A stretch of 64,000 bases of DNA from Candidatus Minusculum obligatum (GTDB taxonomy: Bacteria; Patescibacteriota; Minisyncoccia; Phycocordibacterales; Phycocordibacteraceae): assembly GCA_045401155.1 (NCBI GenBank), contig CP174360.1:11072-75071 (forward strand), written 5' to 3'. Below are positions 18,966 through 28,758 of the stretch, one piece after another. Position 1 is the first letter of the stretch. Every line of letters starts with the position of its first letter. Under the pieces are notes generated by a model, which had not been told where the DNA came from, made no database searches, and was given only the letters and a program-made list of their open reading frames with translations. Both the position numbers and the translations under genes were made by a program.

Positions 18966-19346
18966 ATGAAAATCATTTGCACCATCTGTAGCAAGAAGAA
19001 AAATACACAAACAGGCTTTTTACCTGCAAAAGACAGATATCTTGGAGATCACATCAATACCGCATCTAATATCTCACAAAAACAAAAGTGTGAGTTTTTT
19101 ATACTCTCAGGAAAGTACGGACTTATTCATGCACAAGAACCTATCCCCTATTACGATTACCTACTTACAGATGATGCAGCCGACAAACTTACAGAAAAAG
19201 TTGGGGCGCAAATAAAGGAAAACAATATTACTGAAATAATTTTTTATACAGAGAACAATCCAAATTGGAAACCGTATGAAAAAGTGATTACAAGCGCTTC
19301 TGAAAAACTACAAGTTTCTTTAAGAGTACAAAACCTTCCCACATAA
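18966..19346 (+). CDS. Hypothetical protein (126 aa)
   Basis: ORF only; followed by hairpin 19351-19376. Confidence 0.3.
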   Translation: MKIICTICSKKKNTQTGFLPAKDRYLGDHINTASNISQKQKCEFFILSGKYGLIHAQEPIPYYDYLLTDDAADKLTEKVGAQIKENNITEIIFYTENNPNWKPYEKVITSASEKLQVSLRVQNLPT

Positions 19347-19655
19347 AAAGATAGCCGTCGCACCCGCGACGGCTATATCAAGATCATGCGGTTCGTACCA
19401 CATCACTCCCCGGATGGGAGCGTGTTCCAAGCATCGGCACACGTTGTACAAGCCTTTCTTCTCTGTACGCTTTTTTACGTGTTTCTACGTCTTATAGTAA
19501 AGCCTTAGCTATGGATTAGGCTATTAGCCTTTCCGCCTCTCCAGAGCCCAGTGCTATCTTCTTCAGCATGGCTGTGAAAACTCCTTCTTTGAGAGCGTTT
19601 CCGAACCGTCTAAGTCAATGAATGACCTATAAATAAAATTACACTCTGCTATACA

Positions 19656-21017
19656 TTAAGTCAACGTATACACCCTCCCCCTCTCCGGAAGCACCGTCTT
19701 CACATCTAGAAAATCATGTAGCCGCTGGGCTAAGAAACTCGCAGGCCCCGGTTCTCCCATGGCAACAAATACGGTATCAAGTGTTGTGCTTGTATGCGAC
19801 ACTAACTCAACCAGATTATCCCTATCAGCGTGCGCAGAATAGCCTGAGAGCGTTTCAATTGTCGCTTTCACCTTCACGTCCTTATCCATAATACGAACGC
19901 TCTTAGCGCCATCCTGGAGCAATCTACCGATACTTCCTGCCGACTGATATCCCACGATCATAAGCGTACTCTTAGGGTCATCTAGGTGATGTAACTCATG
20001 ATGCTGAATACGCCCTCCATGACTCATACCAGCTCCAGCGATAATAATCTTTGGATTCTCATGATGATCAATAGACTTAGACTCTTCTCTTGTCTCTGTC
20101 TTTGTAAGAAATGGGAAATCAAAAATATCTCCTTCTTTTTGAATCTCTCCCTGCAAATCTCTCTTAAGGTACTTACTATACTTTCGATAAATACTGGTCA
20201 CCTTAATCGCAAGTGGAGAATCCAAAAATACAGGAACCTTTGGTATCTCACCCGCCTCCATCATATTTGAAAGGTTGTACAAAAGAATCTGCGTACGCTC
20301 CATTGAAAATGCTGGAATCATCAGTACTCCTCCGCGCTCAACTGAGCGCTTGATAATATCCCGCAACTTCTCCTCTCGATGCTCAATATCCTCATGCAGG
20401 CGATCCCCATACACGCTCTCCATGATCAAATAGTTGGCATCTGTAACAAACTCGGTATCAGGAAGTAGTGGTGATGGAGAGTTTCCAAGATCTCCTGTAA
20501 ATACGTATGACTTGTTAGTCTTCTTGTGCGTAAATTTCACAATCGCAGAACCTAGGATGTGCCCCGCATCAAAAAACTCACACGTAAAATCTCCAATCTC
20601 AAACTTTTGATGGTAGTCCTTGGTAACGATCTTAGAAAGAAGACTGTGTACGTGCTCCTTCTCATACATTGGAGGACGCCCCATGCGATCCGCTTCTCGT
20701 TTTAAGATGCCCTCACTATCCTCAAGCATCACTGCCATAAGGTCCTCTGTAGGAGGCGTTGTATATACAGAACCATTAAATCCATCCTTCACAAGCTTCG
20801 GCCCTCTTCCAATATGATCTAAGTGCGCATGTGTAAAGATAACTGCAGTCACCTCCTTAACATCATATTCAAATGCATCGTAATTACACGCATCACAAAA
20901 ATCCTTTCCTTGTGTTAGTCCGCAATCAATAAGGATATTTGTCGTACCGTCTGAGAGAAGGAAATTAGATCCTGTTACCGTACCTGCACCTCCATACATT
21001 CCTACTGTTATTTCCAT
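19656..21017 (-). CDS. Metallo-beta-lactamase / beta-CASP family ribonuclease (RNase J or CPSF-like)
   Basis: 453 aa; MBL motif HAHLDH, beta-CASP and C-terminal RNA-metabolising motifs (GYSAHAD). Confidence 0.65.
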   Translation of the reverse strand: MEITVGMYGGAGTVTGSNFLLSDGTTNILIDCGLTQGKDFCDACNYDAFEYDVKEVTAVIFTHAHLDHIGRGPKLVKDGFNGSVYTTPPTEDLMAVMLEDSEGILKREADRMGRPPMYEKEHVHSLLSKIVTKDYHQKFEIGDFTCEFFDAGHILGSAIVKFTHKKTNKSYVFTGDLGNSPSPLLPDTEFVTDANYLIMESVYGDRLHEDIEHREEKLRDIIKRSVERGGVLMIPAFSMERTQILLYNLSNMMEAGEIPKVPVFLDSPLAIKVTSIYRKYSKYLKRDLQGEIQKEGDIFDFPFLTKTETREESKSIDHHENPKIIIAGAGMSHGGRIQHHELHHLDDPKSTLMIVGYQSAGSIGRLLQDGAKSVRIMDKDVKVKATIETLSGYSAHADRDNLVELVSHTSTTLDTVFVAMGEPGPASFLAQRLHDFLDVKTVLPERGRVYTLT

Positions 21018-21364
21018 AGCTTACTCACACTATAAACCAAAAGCGCACCAATACTGTCCATTATCAAATCAATAACCATATCGGTGGTGTCCCACACCTC
21101 TTCATATAAACCATTTAGATACTCAAATACCTCCCATCCGATACCAATCCCAATGAGCGCAATGAGCACGGTGAGGAAACGAGGACTCTTAAGTACATCA
21201 GATGCAACAAGTCCGATAGCACCAACCAATACTCCGCCCAAGAAGTGCATCACAATATCAAACCACCACCATCGCCAATACAAAAACTCGGCAAGCGCAA
21301 TATCCTGCAAGAGTGCAATAACACCCGCCAAAAGAAGAATAAAAATAAGTAACCGTATACGCAC
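21008..21364 (-). CDS. Hypothetical membrane protein (118 aa)
   Basis: 4 hydrophobic helices, Trp-rich. Confidence 0.3.
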   Translation of the reverse strand: MRIRLLIFILLLAGVIALLQDIALAEFLYWRWWWFDIVMHFLGGVLVGAIGLVASDVLKSPRFLTVLIALIGIGIGWEVFEYLNGLYEEVWDTTDMVIDLIMDSIGALLVYSVSKLWK

Positions 21365-21380
21365 CAGATAACTCTAGCAT

Positions 21381-21405
21381 GAAAAAATCCGCCACATAGG
21401 CGGAT
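21381..21405 (-). terminator. Intrinsic terminator downstream of ndk (minus-strand sense)
   Basis: minus-sense GGATCCGCC TATGT GGCGGATT + TTTTTTC; lies 143 nt beyond ndk stop. Confidence 0.65.
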
Positions 21406-21548
21406 CCTTTCAAAGGGGCATTCGGGTAAGCAACTCTGTAAGTTAGGTGGGTGCCCTCAGCTATACCTACGATCGATATTGCGATTCGAGCTCCCTAGCG
21501 TTGCTCAGTTGCATTTTCGAACGACCCCTACAGGTAGTATATCAGATA

Positions 21549-22133
21549 CTATTCCTCTCCAAATCGCTTGTAGCTGAATATCTCCTTGTCACCAAACCAG
21601 TAGTTGATCTCGTGCTCAGCTTCCTCTGGAGTCTCAGATGCGTGAACCAGGTTCATAACTGCACGCTTCTCAGCATTAGCAAGAGCCGGTGAGTCATTTG
21701 AGAAGTCTCCACGGATTGTTCCCATGTCAGCCATAAATGGAAGTGTCGGTCCACAAATCTTTCGAACCATGTCGATTGCATGCACTCCCTCTACCACCAT
21801 ACGTACAAGTGGTGCTGAAACCATGTAATCTACCACCCACTTACGTACCTCAGGCCCAATCTTTGCTGGGTCATCAGTTCCGTAATCAATCTTTGGATCA
21901 AGATCATACTTTGCGTATGTCTTAAGTGTCTTCTCTCCAAGTCCAGTGATCCACTTCTCATCCTTTGGATAGTGCTCATCAATCTGCTCCTTTGTTGGTT
22001 GGAACATCTCAATCGCAACAATCTTTAGGTCTCGTTGCTCAAATCGTTTAATAATCTCTCCAATAAGACCCTTCTTTACTCCGTCAGGCTTCACCATGAC
22101 GTAGGTCTTCTCTTCTTTAAAATTCCGTTGCAT
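21549..22133 (-). CDS. ndk: Nucleoside diphosphate kinase (long form with insertion)
   Basis: NDK motifs YVMVKPDGV, active-site region NxxHASE (NLVHASE). Confidence 0.8.
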   Translation of the reverse strand: MQRNFKEEKTYVMVKPDGVKKGLIGEIIKRFEQRDLKIVAIEMFQPTKEQIDEHYPKDEKWITGLGEKTLKTYAKYDLDPKIDYGTDDPAKIGPEVRKWVVDYMVSAPLVRMVVEGVHAIDMVRKICGPTLPFMADMGTIRGDFSNDSPALANAEKRAVMNLVHASETPEEAEHEINYWFGDKEIFSYKRFGEE

Positions 22134-22166
22134 ATGAGGGCAGTATACGGATTTTTACGTAAAAAT

Positions 22167-22961
22167 CTATTCGTTATCACGCCGCGTCACCACGATCGGA
22201 TCACCCTCTGTAATCACAAGTGTGTGCTCAAAGTGTGCGCTCTTTTGCCCATCTGCGGTTGTCACCGTGTATCCATCTGGATGAAAATCTACCTCTCCTG
22301 TTCCCATGTTTAACATTGGCTCAAGCGCGATAACCATACCCGGCTTTAACTTTGGCCCCTCTCCTGGGTTTCCATAGTTTGGAATGTTTGGCTCCTCATG
22401 TACGGCATACCCCACACCGTGCCCTGCCAAATCCCTCACAAGTCCATACCCCTTCTCTTTCACAAACTCCTCAACGGCGTGCCCGATATCTCCGGTAGTA
22501 TTTCCCGCTCGTGCTGCCTTAATTGCCTTATACAAAGCTTCTTTAGTTGTCTGCACAAGCGCTCGCGTCTCTTTATCTCCCTCTCCAACAATTACGGTAA
22601 GAGCTGAATCTACATACATACCCTCATGTACAAGACCTGCATCAAGACCTACGCTATCTCCTTCTTGCAAAATAATGGGATCTACATTTGGAATACCGTG
22701 TACCACCACATCATTTACTGAAACACAAAGCCCTGCTGGATACTTAGAGTCTGCCCAATCCGGCTTGTATCCCAAAAATGCTGGAGTATCTCCAAACTCA
22801 GCAATCTTTGCCTCAGCTAAATCATTTAAATAGTCGGTTGAAACACCGGGTTTTACATGTGCTGCCACATGCGAAAGAACCTCACCGAGTCTCTTCCCTG
22901 CGATCTTAAGCTTCTCTATTTCCTCTGGTAGTTTAATCGTAATCATTGAATCTTTTCCCAA
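22167..22961 (-). CDS. map: Methionine aminopeptidase type I
   Basis: 264 aa, metal ligand pattern D..D..H..E..E (HGIP..., GHGVG, EPML). Confidence 0.9.
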   Translation of the reverse strand: MGKDSMITIKLPEEIEKLKIAGKRLGEVLSHVAAHVKPGVSTDYLNDLAEAKIAEFGDTPAFLGYKPDWADSKYPAGLCVSVNDVVVHGIPNVDPIILQEGDSVGLDAGLVHEGMYVDSALTVIVGEGDKETRALVQTTKEALYKAIKAARAGNTTGDIGHAVEEFVKEKGYGLVRDLAGHGVGYAVHEEPNIPNYGNPGEGPKLKPGMVIALEPMLNMGTGEVDFHPDGYTVTTADGQKSAHFEHTLVITEGDPIVVTRRDNE

Positions 22962-23500
22962 ACCTCTTTCTCTATTTCTTCAATAGTTTGTGTACCATCT
23001 ATATCAACTACCTTTCCGTGCTCTCTAAAGAATTCTATAGAGTGCGCGGTATGCTCCTCATACTCAGAAAGTCTGTTCTCTACACTCTCCTCATCTCCTC
23101 GATCCTCCTTAGCACTTCGTGCTTTTATACGCTCGCGTACCACCTCATCTGGTATCTCAAGATTTATTACTGTAAACGGACGGTGCATCCAATTAAATGC
23201 GCGACACATCATTTGCGCTTCAATAAGACGACGCGCAAAGCCATCAAGCACCACTGTATCTTCTTCTGATAATTTCAAAAGAATAGAGTAGAAAATGTGC
23301 ACCATCATTCCATACGGCACAAGCAGACCATTATCTATGTCTTCTTTTACCTGACGTGCAGGCAGCGTATCTTGCTTTGCAAATGCACGAAGCTCTGCTC
23401 CCGCACTATAGAACTGCGCATCTAGCTTCTTTGCTAAAAGCTTCGCCTGCGTCCCCTTTCCAGCTCCAGGTCGGCCGGTAAAAATGAAGGTGTTATCCAT
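22943..23500 (-). CDS. adk: Adenylate kinase
   Basis: P-loop GRPGAGKGTQ, LID-less short form. Confidence 0.85.
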   Translation of the reverse strand: MDNTFIFTGRPGAGKGTQAKLLAKKLDAQFYSAGAELRAFAKQDTLPARQVKEDIDNGLLVPYGMMVHIFYSILLKLSEEDTVVLDGFARRLIEAQMMCRAFNWMHRPFTVINLEIPDEVVRERIKARSAKEDRGDEESVENRLSEYEEHTAHSIEFFREHGKVVDIDGTQTIEEIEKEVWEKIQ

Positions 23501-23536
23501 GTAGAGAGTGTACTCTATCGGTACACCTGAGGCAAT

Positions 23537-24832
23537 TTAGTACTCGTTTAGAGACACTTGCGCATCTACCTTTCGAACTACATCAAGCACTACAGATACT
23601 GCAATAAGAAGAGCTGTTCCTCCAATCACAAGCGTAGAGATACCTGTAAGTCCCTGTACGATAATCGGCACAATAGCGATAAGACCAAGGAAGAGCGCTC
23701 CTGGAAGTGTGATGCGTGTTGCAACCTTCCCTAGGAAGTCCTCTGTCTGTACTCCTGGACGTACACCTGGAATAAATGCTCCTGACTTTTGTAGGTTCTC
23801 TGCAACTCGCTTTGGCTCGAAGATAATAGCGGTATAAAAGTATGTAAACATCACCACGAAGAAGAAGTATAGACCTCCATATACCCACTGGTTATTTAGC
23901 ACGGTAACAAGTGTCTCCATAAATCCTCCCGCACCAAATGTAATTGCAATGTTTGCAATAGTCTGTGGCACAAGAAGTAGTGAAAGAGCGAAGATGATAG
24001 GAATCACTCCTGCCTGATTAATTCGAATTGGAAGGTATGTAGACGCCCCAACCTCAGCCGCCTTACCTCGAAGCTGCTTTGCATGTGTAATAGGAATAGC
24101 TCGCTCTGCCTCAGTTACAAGAACCACAGCAAAGGTCATCACGAGTGCGATAAATGCAAGTCCTAGGTACGCTGGAAGCTGCTCTGGCGTAAATGAGAAC
24201 GCAGCCTGAGAAAGCGCAGTTGGAAGGCTGGCCACAATACCTGCGAAGATGATAAGTGAGATACCATTTCCAATACCATACTCAGTCATAAGCTCTCCGA
24301 TCCACATCAAGAAAATAGATCCAGCTGCTACCACAAGAATGTTTGTAACAAGCATCAGCGGCTCAAGCGCGCCAATAATTCCCTGACTCTGTAGTAGGAA
24401 AATAAATGCAATACCCTGCATTACCGCAAACGGCACCGTAAGCATACGGCTCCACTGCACAAACTTAGCGCGACCAACTTCTCCCTCCTCAGTCTGCATA
24501 GCCTTAACCTGTGGGAATACCACAGTCATAAGCTGCATGATAATTGATGAGGTAATGTACGGCCCCACTCCAAGAAGCATAATTGAAAGGTTTGCGAGCC
24601 CTCCTCCTGAAAGAATGTTTAGAAGTCCTAGAAACTCATTGTTTGCAAAGAAGTTCTGAAGTGCAAAGGTATCAACTCCAGGAACTGGAATAGTCGCAAG
24701 TGCACGATACACCAAAAGCGCTCCTAAAATGAATAGGATACGATTTCGAAGCGTGCTGTCTTTTAGCGCACGTGAAAGTTTTTTCAAAAATGCTGAAAAC
24801 ATACTACTTGATGGTACCACCTGCCTTCTCAA
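23537..24832 (-). CDS. secY: Preprotein translocase SecY
   Basis: 431 aa, 10 TM, conserved SecY motifs. Confidence 0.9.
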   Translation of the reverse strand: MRRQVVPSSSMFSAFLKKLSRALKDSTLRNRILFILGALLVYRALATIPVPGVDTFALQNFFANNEFLGLLNILSGGGLANLSIMLLGVGPYITSSIIMQLMTVVFPQVKAMQTEEGEVGRAKFVQWSRMLTVPFAVMQGIAFIFLLQSQGIIGALEPLMLVTNILVVAAGSIFLMWIGELMTEYGIGNGISLIIFAGIVASLPTALSQAAFSFTPEQLPAYLGLAFIALVMTFAVVLVTEAERAIPITHAKQLRGKAAEVGASTYLPIRINQAGVIPIIFALSLLLVPQTIANIAITFGAGGFMETLVTVLNNQWVYGGLYFFFVVMFTYFYTAIIFEPKRVAENLQKSGAFIPGVRPGVQTEDFLGKVATRITLPGALFLGLIAIVPIIVQGLTGISTLVIGGTALLIAVSVVLDVVRKVDAQVSLNEY

Positions 24833-25232
24833 TCTTCTCCTTTGCAGAAGCAGAAAGCGTTACCTTCTCAAATGTGAAGGCCTTTGAAAGGTCTCCATTC
24901 CCTAGAATCTTCACCTCTGGTGCACGTCCCTTCTCTCGCTTTACAAGCCCCTTCTCAAGAAGCACTTTTGGAGAAATAGTTGCCCCTTTCTCAAACACTT
25001 CTTCAAGCACAGAAACATTTACTGTTGCTGGCTTTGTATTTGGACTATTGAAGTTGTATCCACGCTGCTTTGGAAGCTTCTTGATGAAGTCTCGAATCTC
25101 TGGTCGAGGTGTTCCTCCGTGCGCTAGCTGTCCCTTTGTTCCACGTCCTGATGTAGTACCACGCTTACCACCACGTCCAATACGCTTTGCGGTCTTATTC
25201 TTATTTACTCGTTGTAGGTTGTGTAGCTGCAT
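24804..25232 (-). CDS. rplO: 50S ribosomal protein L15
   Basis: GRGGKRGTTSGRGTKGQ glycine-rich L15 N-terminus. Confidence 0.85.
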   Translation of the reverse strand: MQLHNLQRVNKNKTAKRIGRGGKRGTTSGRGTKGQLAHGGTPRPEIRDFIKKLPKQRGYNFNSPNTKPATVNVSVLEEVFEKGATISPKVLLEKGLVKREKGRAPEVKILGNGDLSKAFTFEKVTLSASAKEKIEKAGGTIK

Positions 25233-25233
25233 A

Positions 25234-25782
25234 TTATGAAAGTTGTTTTAGGGCTTCTACTGTTGCGCGTGCAATTGAGAGCTTACTCTTACTTCGAGTA
25301 AGGATCTTCCCTACAATATCTGTTACACCTGCAAACTCAAGTACAGTTCGTACTGCAGATCCTGCAACAAGACCACGTCCAGCAGATGGAATAAGCTGCA
25401 CCTCTGAAGACTCGGCGCGAGCCTGTACATCAAATGGAATGCTTCCAGTCTCAGTTCGGTTTACGGTAATCATGTTCTTTCGAGCATTTCGAACCGCCTT
25501 ATCAATCGCAAGTGCTGTATCTGTCGCCTTTCCAAGACCAACTCCAACACGTCCCTTCTGATCTCCAATAACCATAGCAACAGAGAAAGAGAATCGTCGT
25601 CCTCCTGATACCACACGAGTTACGCGTCGAATCTCAATGATTCGCTGCTCAAACTCCTTAGGTGCTCGCTCTTGTGTTCGAGGTCCTCGCCCCTTTCCTC
25701 CTCGTCGAGTACGTGAAGACTTAGGAGCATCAGTCTTTTGCTCCTCTACCTTCTTTTCTGTTGTTGCTTGTTCTTCAGCCAT
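25234..25782 (-). CDS. rpsE: 30S ribosomal protein S5
   Basis: Conserved S5 dsRBD and C-domain (VVSGGRRFSF...VGDQKGRVG). Confidence 0.9.
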   Translation of the reverse strand: MAEEQATTEKKVEEQKTDAPKSSRTRRGGKGRGPRTQERAPKEFEQRIIEIRRVTRVVSGGRRFSFSVAMVIGDQKGRVGVGLGKATDTALAIDKAVRNARKNMITVNRTETGSIPFDVQARAESSEVQLIPSAGRGLVAGSAVRTVLEFAGVTDIVGKILTRSKSKLSIARATVEALKQLS

Positions 25783-25787
25783 AATAC

Positions 25788-26135
25788 TTAAATACTTAGT
25801 CCCGCCTCGCGAGCACTATCTGCCAACTTCTGTACTCGACCAATGTAATTAAATCCTCCGCGATCAAATACCGCCTTCTCTACCCCCTTAGCCTTTCCTC
25901 GCTCAGCAATAGCCTTTCCTACTGCCTCAGCTTGTGCCATAAGTGATCCGCCAAACTCCTTTCCGTGAGCTTGTGCGATAGTCACTGCCTTCACGTCATC
26001 AATCAGCTGCGCGCTGATGAACTTATTTGAACGGAATACCGCAAGACGTGGTCGCTCCTCGGTACCAGAAATAACCGCACGCACTCGATTGTGGCGTCGT
26101 ACTCGTGTTTGCTTTTTGTTCGTTACATTACTCAT
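25788..26135 (-). CDS. rplR: 50S ribosomal protein L18
   Basis: L18 pattern [17 protein letters not shown]. Confidence 0.85.
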   Translation of the reverse strand: MSNVTNKKQTRVRRHNRVRAVISGTEERPRLAVFRSNKFISAQLIDDVKAVTIAQAHGKEFGGSLMAQAEAVGKAIAERGKAKGVEKAVFDRGGFNYIGRVQKLADSAREAGLSI

Positions 26136-26138
26136 ACG

Positions 26139-26672
26139 CTATACGGCCTTCTTACCTTGCTTACGTCGGATAACCTCATCATCATATCGAAGACCCTTAC
26201 CTTTGTACGGCTCAGGCTTCTTCTTTGCACGCACCTCTGCGGCAAATTGTCCCACCTTCTCCTTATCTGCTCCTGAGATAGTAATGGTGTTCTTTACAAC
26301 CTCTGCATTAACTCCTTCAGGAAGCTCCATTTCAACTGGGTGTGAGTACCCAACCATAAGCTTTAGAGTTCGTCCTGCAAGCTCAACGCGGTACCCTACT
26401 CCTTCAAGGATAAGTACCTTCTTGTACTCATCATTTACTCCAGTGATCATGTTTCGTACATGAGAAGCAAATGTTCCCCAAAGTGCTCGAGCAAGTCGAC
26501 TATTGTTCTTTGGTGCTACTGTTACTTCAGAATCTGCAACAGACACCTCTACAAGAGAGTGCACTGGCTTTACGAGCTCTCCCTTAGGACCTTTTACAGT
26601 AAGAACTCCTGACTCTACTTTCACGTCAGTTCCAGATGGGATTGCTACAGGCTTTTTACCAAGTCGACTCAT
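26139..26672 (-). CDS. rplF: 50S ribosomal protein L6
   Basis: MSRLGKKPV start, two L6 repeats. Confidence 0.9.
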   Translation of the reverse strand: MSRLGKKPVAIPSGTDVKVESGVLTVKGPKGELVKPVHSLVEVSVADSEVTVAPKNNSRLARALWGTFASHVRNMITGVNDEYKKVLILEGVGYRVELAGRTLKLMVGYSHPVEMELPEGVNAEVVKNTITISGADKEKVGQFAAEVRAKKKPEPYKGKGLRYDDEVIRRKQGKKAV

Positions 26673-26673
26673 A

Positions 26674-27066
26674 TTACCAAATCTTAAATAGCATCTCTCC
26701 TCCAACACGGTTCTGTCGAGCCTCAGAATCAGAAAGAATTCCCTTAGGTGTTGAAATAAGCATTGCTCCTTCTCCGTACTTCACGGGATGCGCTTCACGG
26801 AAGCTAGTGTATAGGCGACGTCCAGGCTTACTTAGACGCTTCACATCGGTAATCTTTGGAGTTCCGTTATCTTTGTATGAAAGAGTGATCTTAAGAGATG
26901 GCTTTTCTTTTCCAACCTTCTCAACATCAGCAACGTAGCCCATATCCTTGAGCTTAGCTGCAACGTCGTGCTTGTGGGTAGAATGTGGAAGCTCCACAAA
27001 ATCCTTCCGAATAGCTCCGGCGTTCTTAATTTGAATAATTAGATCTCCAATTGGGTCGTTTACCAT
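26674..27066 (-). CDS. rpsH: 30S ribosomal protein S8
   Basis: [15 protein letters not shown]8 N-terminus. Confidence 0.9.
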   Translation of the reverse strand: MVNDPIGDLIIQIKNAGAIRKDFVELPHSTHKHDVAAKLKDMGYVADVEKVGKEKPSLKITLSYKDNGTPKITDVKRLSKPGRRLYTSFREAHPVKYGEGAMLISTPKGILSDSEARQNRVGGEMLFKIW

Positions 27067-27329
27067 GATGCCTTCTTTACGCCTGGAATCTTGCCTTCTC
27101 GTGCGAGTTCTCGAAATGTAATTCGAGATAGTCCAAAATCACGCATGTATCCACGAGAACGACCTGAAAGGGCGCATCGGTTCTTAAGACGTACAGGTGA
27201 ACTATTCTTTGGAAGCTTTTGTAGCCCCTCGAAATCTCCTGCAGCCTTAAGAGCAGCACGCTTATCTGCGTACTTAGCGACCAGTTTCATGCGCTTTTCG
27301 TTTCGCGCGATCTGTGACTTTTTCGCCAT
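27060..27329 (-). CDS. rpsN: 30S ribosomal protein S14 (long form)
   Basis: [13 protein letters not shown]...[11 protein letters not shown]; start at MAKKS. Confidence 0.85.
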   Translation of the reverse strand: MAKKSQIARNEKRMKLVAKYADKRAALKAAGDFEGLQKLPKNSSPVRLKNRCALSGRSRGYMRDFGLSRITFRELAREGKIPGVKKASW

Positions 27330-27473
27330 ATAATAAAAAGGCACGCCAATTGACGTGCGGGCATAGTATCAGGGTCGATTCCCAATGTCAAACCTTGAGA
27401 GACCCTCTATTTCAACGTATACTGTACTTCCAGAAGTACCCTATCTAAACACCAGCGTAAGGAGGGAGCTGCT

Positions 27474-27806
27474 ATGAAAGCACGACCCATCGGCCAAGTT
27501 GTCGGTCACGGAAAGCGCGCCAACATAATCATCGAGATTGCCATCGGTATCCAAGATCCCGAAACTGGATCTCGCATGCACTTGCACGAAGATCTCTCTG
27601 AGCTCTATGAAGAGCAGCTTCAGGAGCTTCAAGACATCGCACAAGGTGGCGCAAATGGCATCGCAGACAAGATATCTTCTCGTCTGCAGGCGATGCTGGA
27701 CGCGAATCGCGGCCTTCCCGTTATTTCTGAACAACTTCCCCTCATTCAGGAGGAAGATGAAGATAATCTCGAGATCCCCGGATTTCTGCGACGACAGACC
27801 ACGTGA
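27474..27806 (+). CDS. Hypothetical 110-aa protein ending in an FtsZ C-terminal-peptide-like tail (EDEDNLEIPGFLRRQ), encoded antisense inside the spc operon
   Basis: Strong RBS TAAGGAGGGA 7 nt before ATG; own terminators 27810-27838 and 27863-27890; C-terminal acidic run + LEIPGFLRRQ matches FtsZ CTT consensus D-IP-FLR(K/R). Confidence 0.5.
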   Translation: MKARPIGQVVGHGKRANIIIEIAIGIQDPETGSRMHLHEDLSELYEEQLQELQDIAQGGANGIADKISSRLQAMLDANRGLPVISEQLPLIQEEDEDNLEIPGFLRRQTT

Positions 27807-27862
27807 GGAGGGCGACAAGTTAATTCTTGTCGCCCTTTCAACCCCTCTTTTCATATAAAAAC

Positions 27863-27890
27863 AAAAGCCCCTGTAAGAGGGCTTTTGTTT
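27863..27890. terminator. Bidirectional intrinsic terminator abutting rplE stop
   Basis: AAAAGCCC-loop-GGGCTTTTGTTTT; T-tract in both orientations. Confidence 0.65.
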
Positions 27891-28444
27891 TACTTACTCT
27901 CTTCTTTTTTAAACGGAATACCAAGATGCGTGAAGAATGCTTTTGCTTCTTCTTTATTCTTTGCAGTACTTACGATAGTGATCGCAAATCCAAATACGTC
28001 CTTTAGATCCTCATCTGCAGCCTCAGGGAAAATAGTGTGCTCCTTAACTCCAATAGTTAGGTTCCCCATCTCATCAATAGCTGTAGTTTTGATTCCTCGG
28101 AAGTCTCGCGTACGAGGAAGCGCTACATGAATAAGCTTATCTAGGAATGAGTACATCTGCTCTCCACGAAGTGTTGTCTGGTATCCAACAATATCTCCCT
28201 CTCGAAGCTTAAATGAAGCGATAGACTTCTTCGCAGGACGTGCTGCTGTCTTCTGCCCTGTAATACGAGCTAGACGATCCTGAATAACTTCAATCTTTCC
28301 CTTATCCTTGATCTTTCCTGTTCCAGTTGAAATAACCACCTTCTCCACCTTCGGTGCAGACATAGTGTTCTTGTATCCAAAGTCTCCCTTTAGAGCTTCA
28401 AATGTCTTCTGTACTTTATCTTGTGAAATAGTCATAGGCATCAA
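27890..28444 (-). CDS. rplE: 50S ribosomal protein L5
   Basis: L5 conserved N and C regions. Confidence 0.9.
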   Translation of the reverse strand: MMPMTISQDKVQKTFEALKGDFGYKNTMSAPKVEKVVISTGTGKIKDKGKIEVIQDRLARITGQKTAARPAKKSIASFKLREGDIVGYQTTLRGEQMYSFLDKLIHVALPRTRDFRGIKTTAIDEMGNLTIGVKEHTIFPEAADEDLKDVFGFAITIVSTAKNKEEAKAFFTHLGIPFKKEESK

Positions 28445-28446
28445 TA

Positions 28447-28758
28447 TTATGAAAGCTCAGTATTACTCTTCTTTGCAACACGTACACGCTTCCCATCCTT
28501 TTCGATGATTCCAATTCGAGTTGGAACATTCTCCTTAGGATCTACGATCATTACATTTGATACGTGAATTGGACGAGTTACATCCTTAAATCCTCCCTTC
28601 TCAGTCTTAGTTTGCTTAACAGCCTTCTTGAATACGTTTACGCCTTCAACAAGTACTTTGTCCTCCTTTGGAAATGCAGTCAAAACCTTCCCGGTCTTAC
28701 CCTTGTCCTTTCCTGCAATAACCTTAACTGTATCGTTTTTCTTAATCTTCATACGCAA
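28447..28758 (-). CDS. rplX: 50S ribosomal protein L24
   Basis: KOW motif [16 protein letters not shown]. Confidence 0.85.
   Translation of the reverse strand: MRMKIKKNDTVKVIAGKDKGKTGKVLTAFPKEDKVLVEGVNVFKKAVKQTKTEKGGFKDVTRPIHVSNVMIVDPKENVPTRIGIIEKDGKRVRVAKKSNTELS

Noticed and set aside
19380-19650. RNase P RNA or SRP RNA in the convergent intergenic gap
   Set aside because: Too short for RNase P (about 280 nt) and P4 strands (AGGAAAGUCCGGGCUCC / ACAGAAnCCGGCUUA) are not found in the right order; no SRP domain IV motif.
27441-27854. 137-aa minus-strand ORF in the L5/S14 insert
   Set aside because: Antisense to the RBS-bearing 27474-27806 gene, low-complexity translation.
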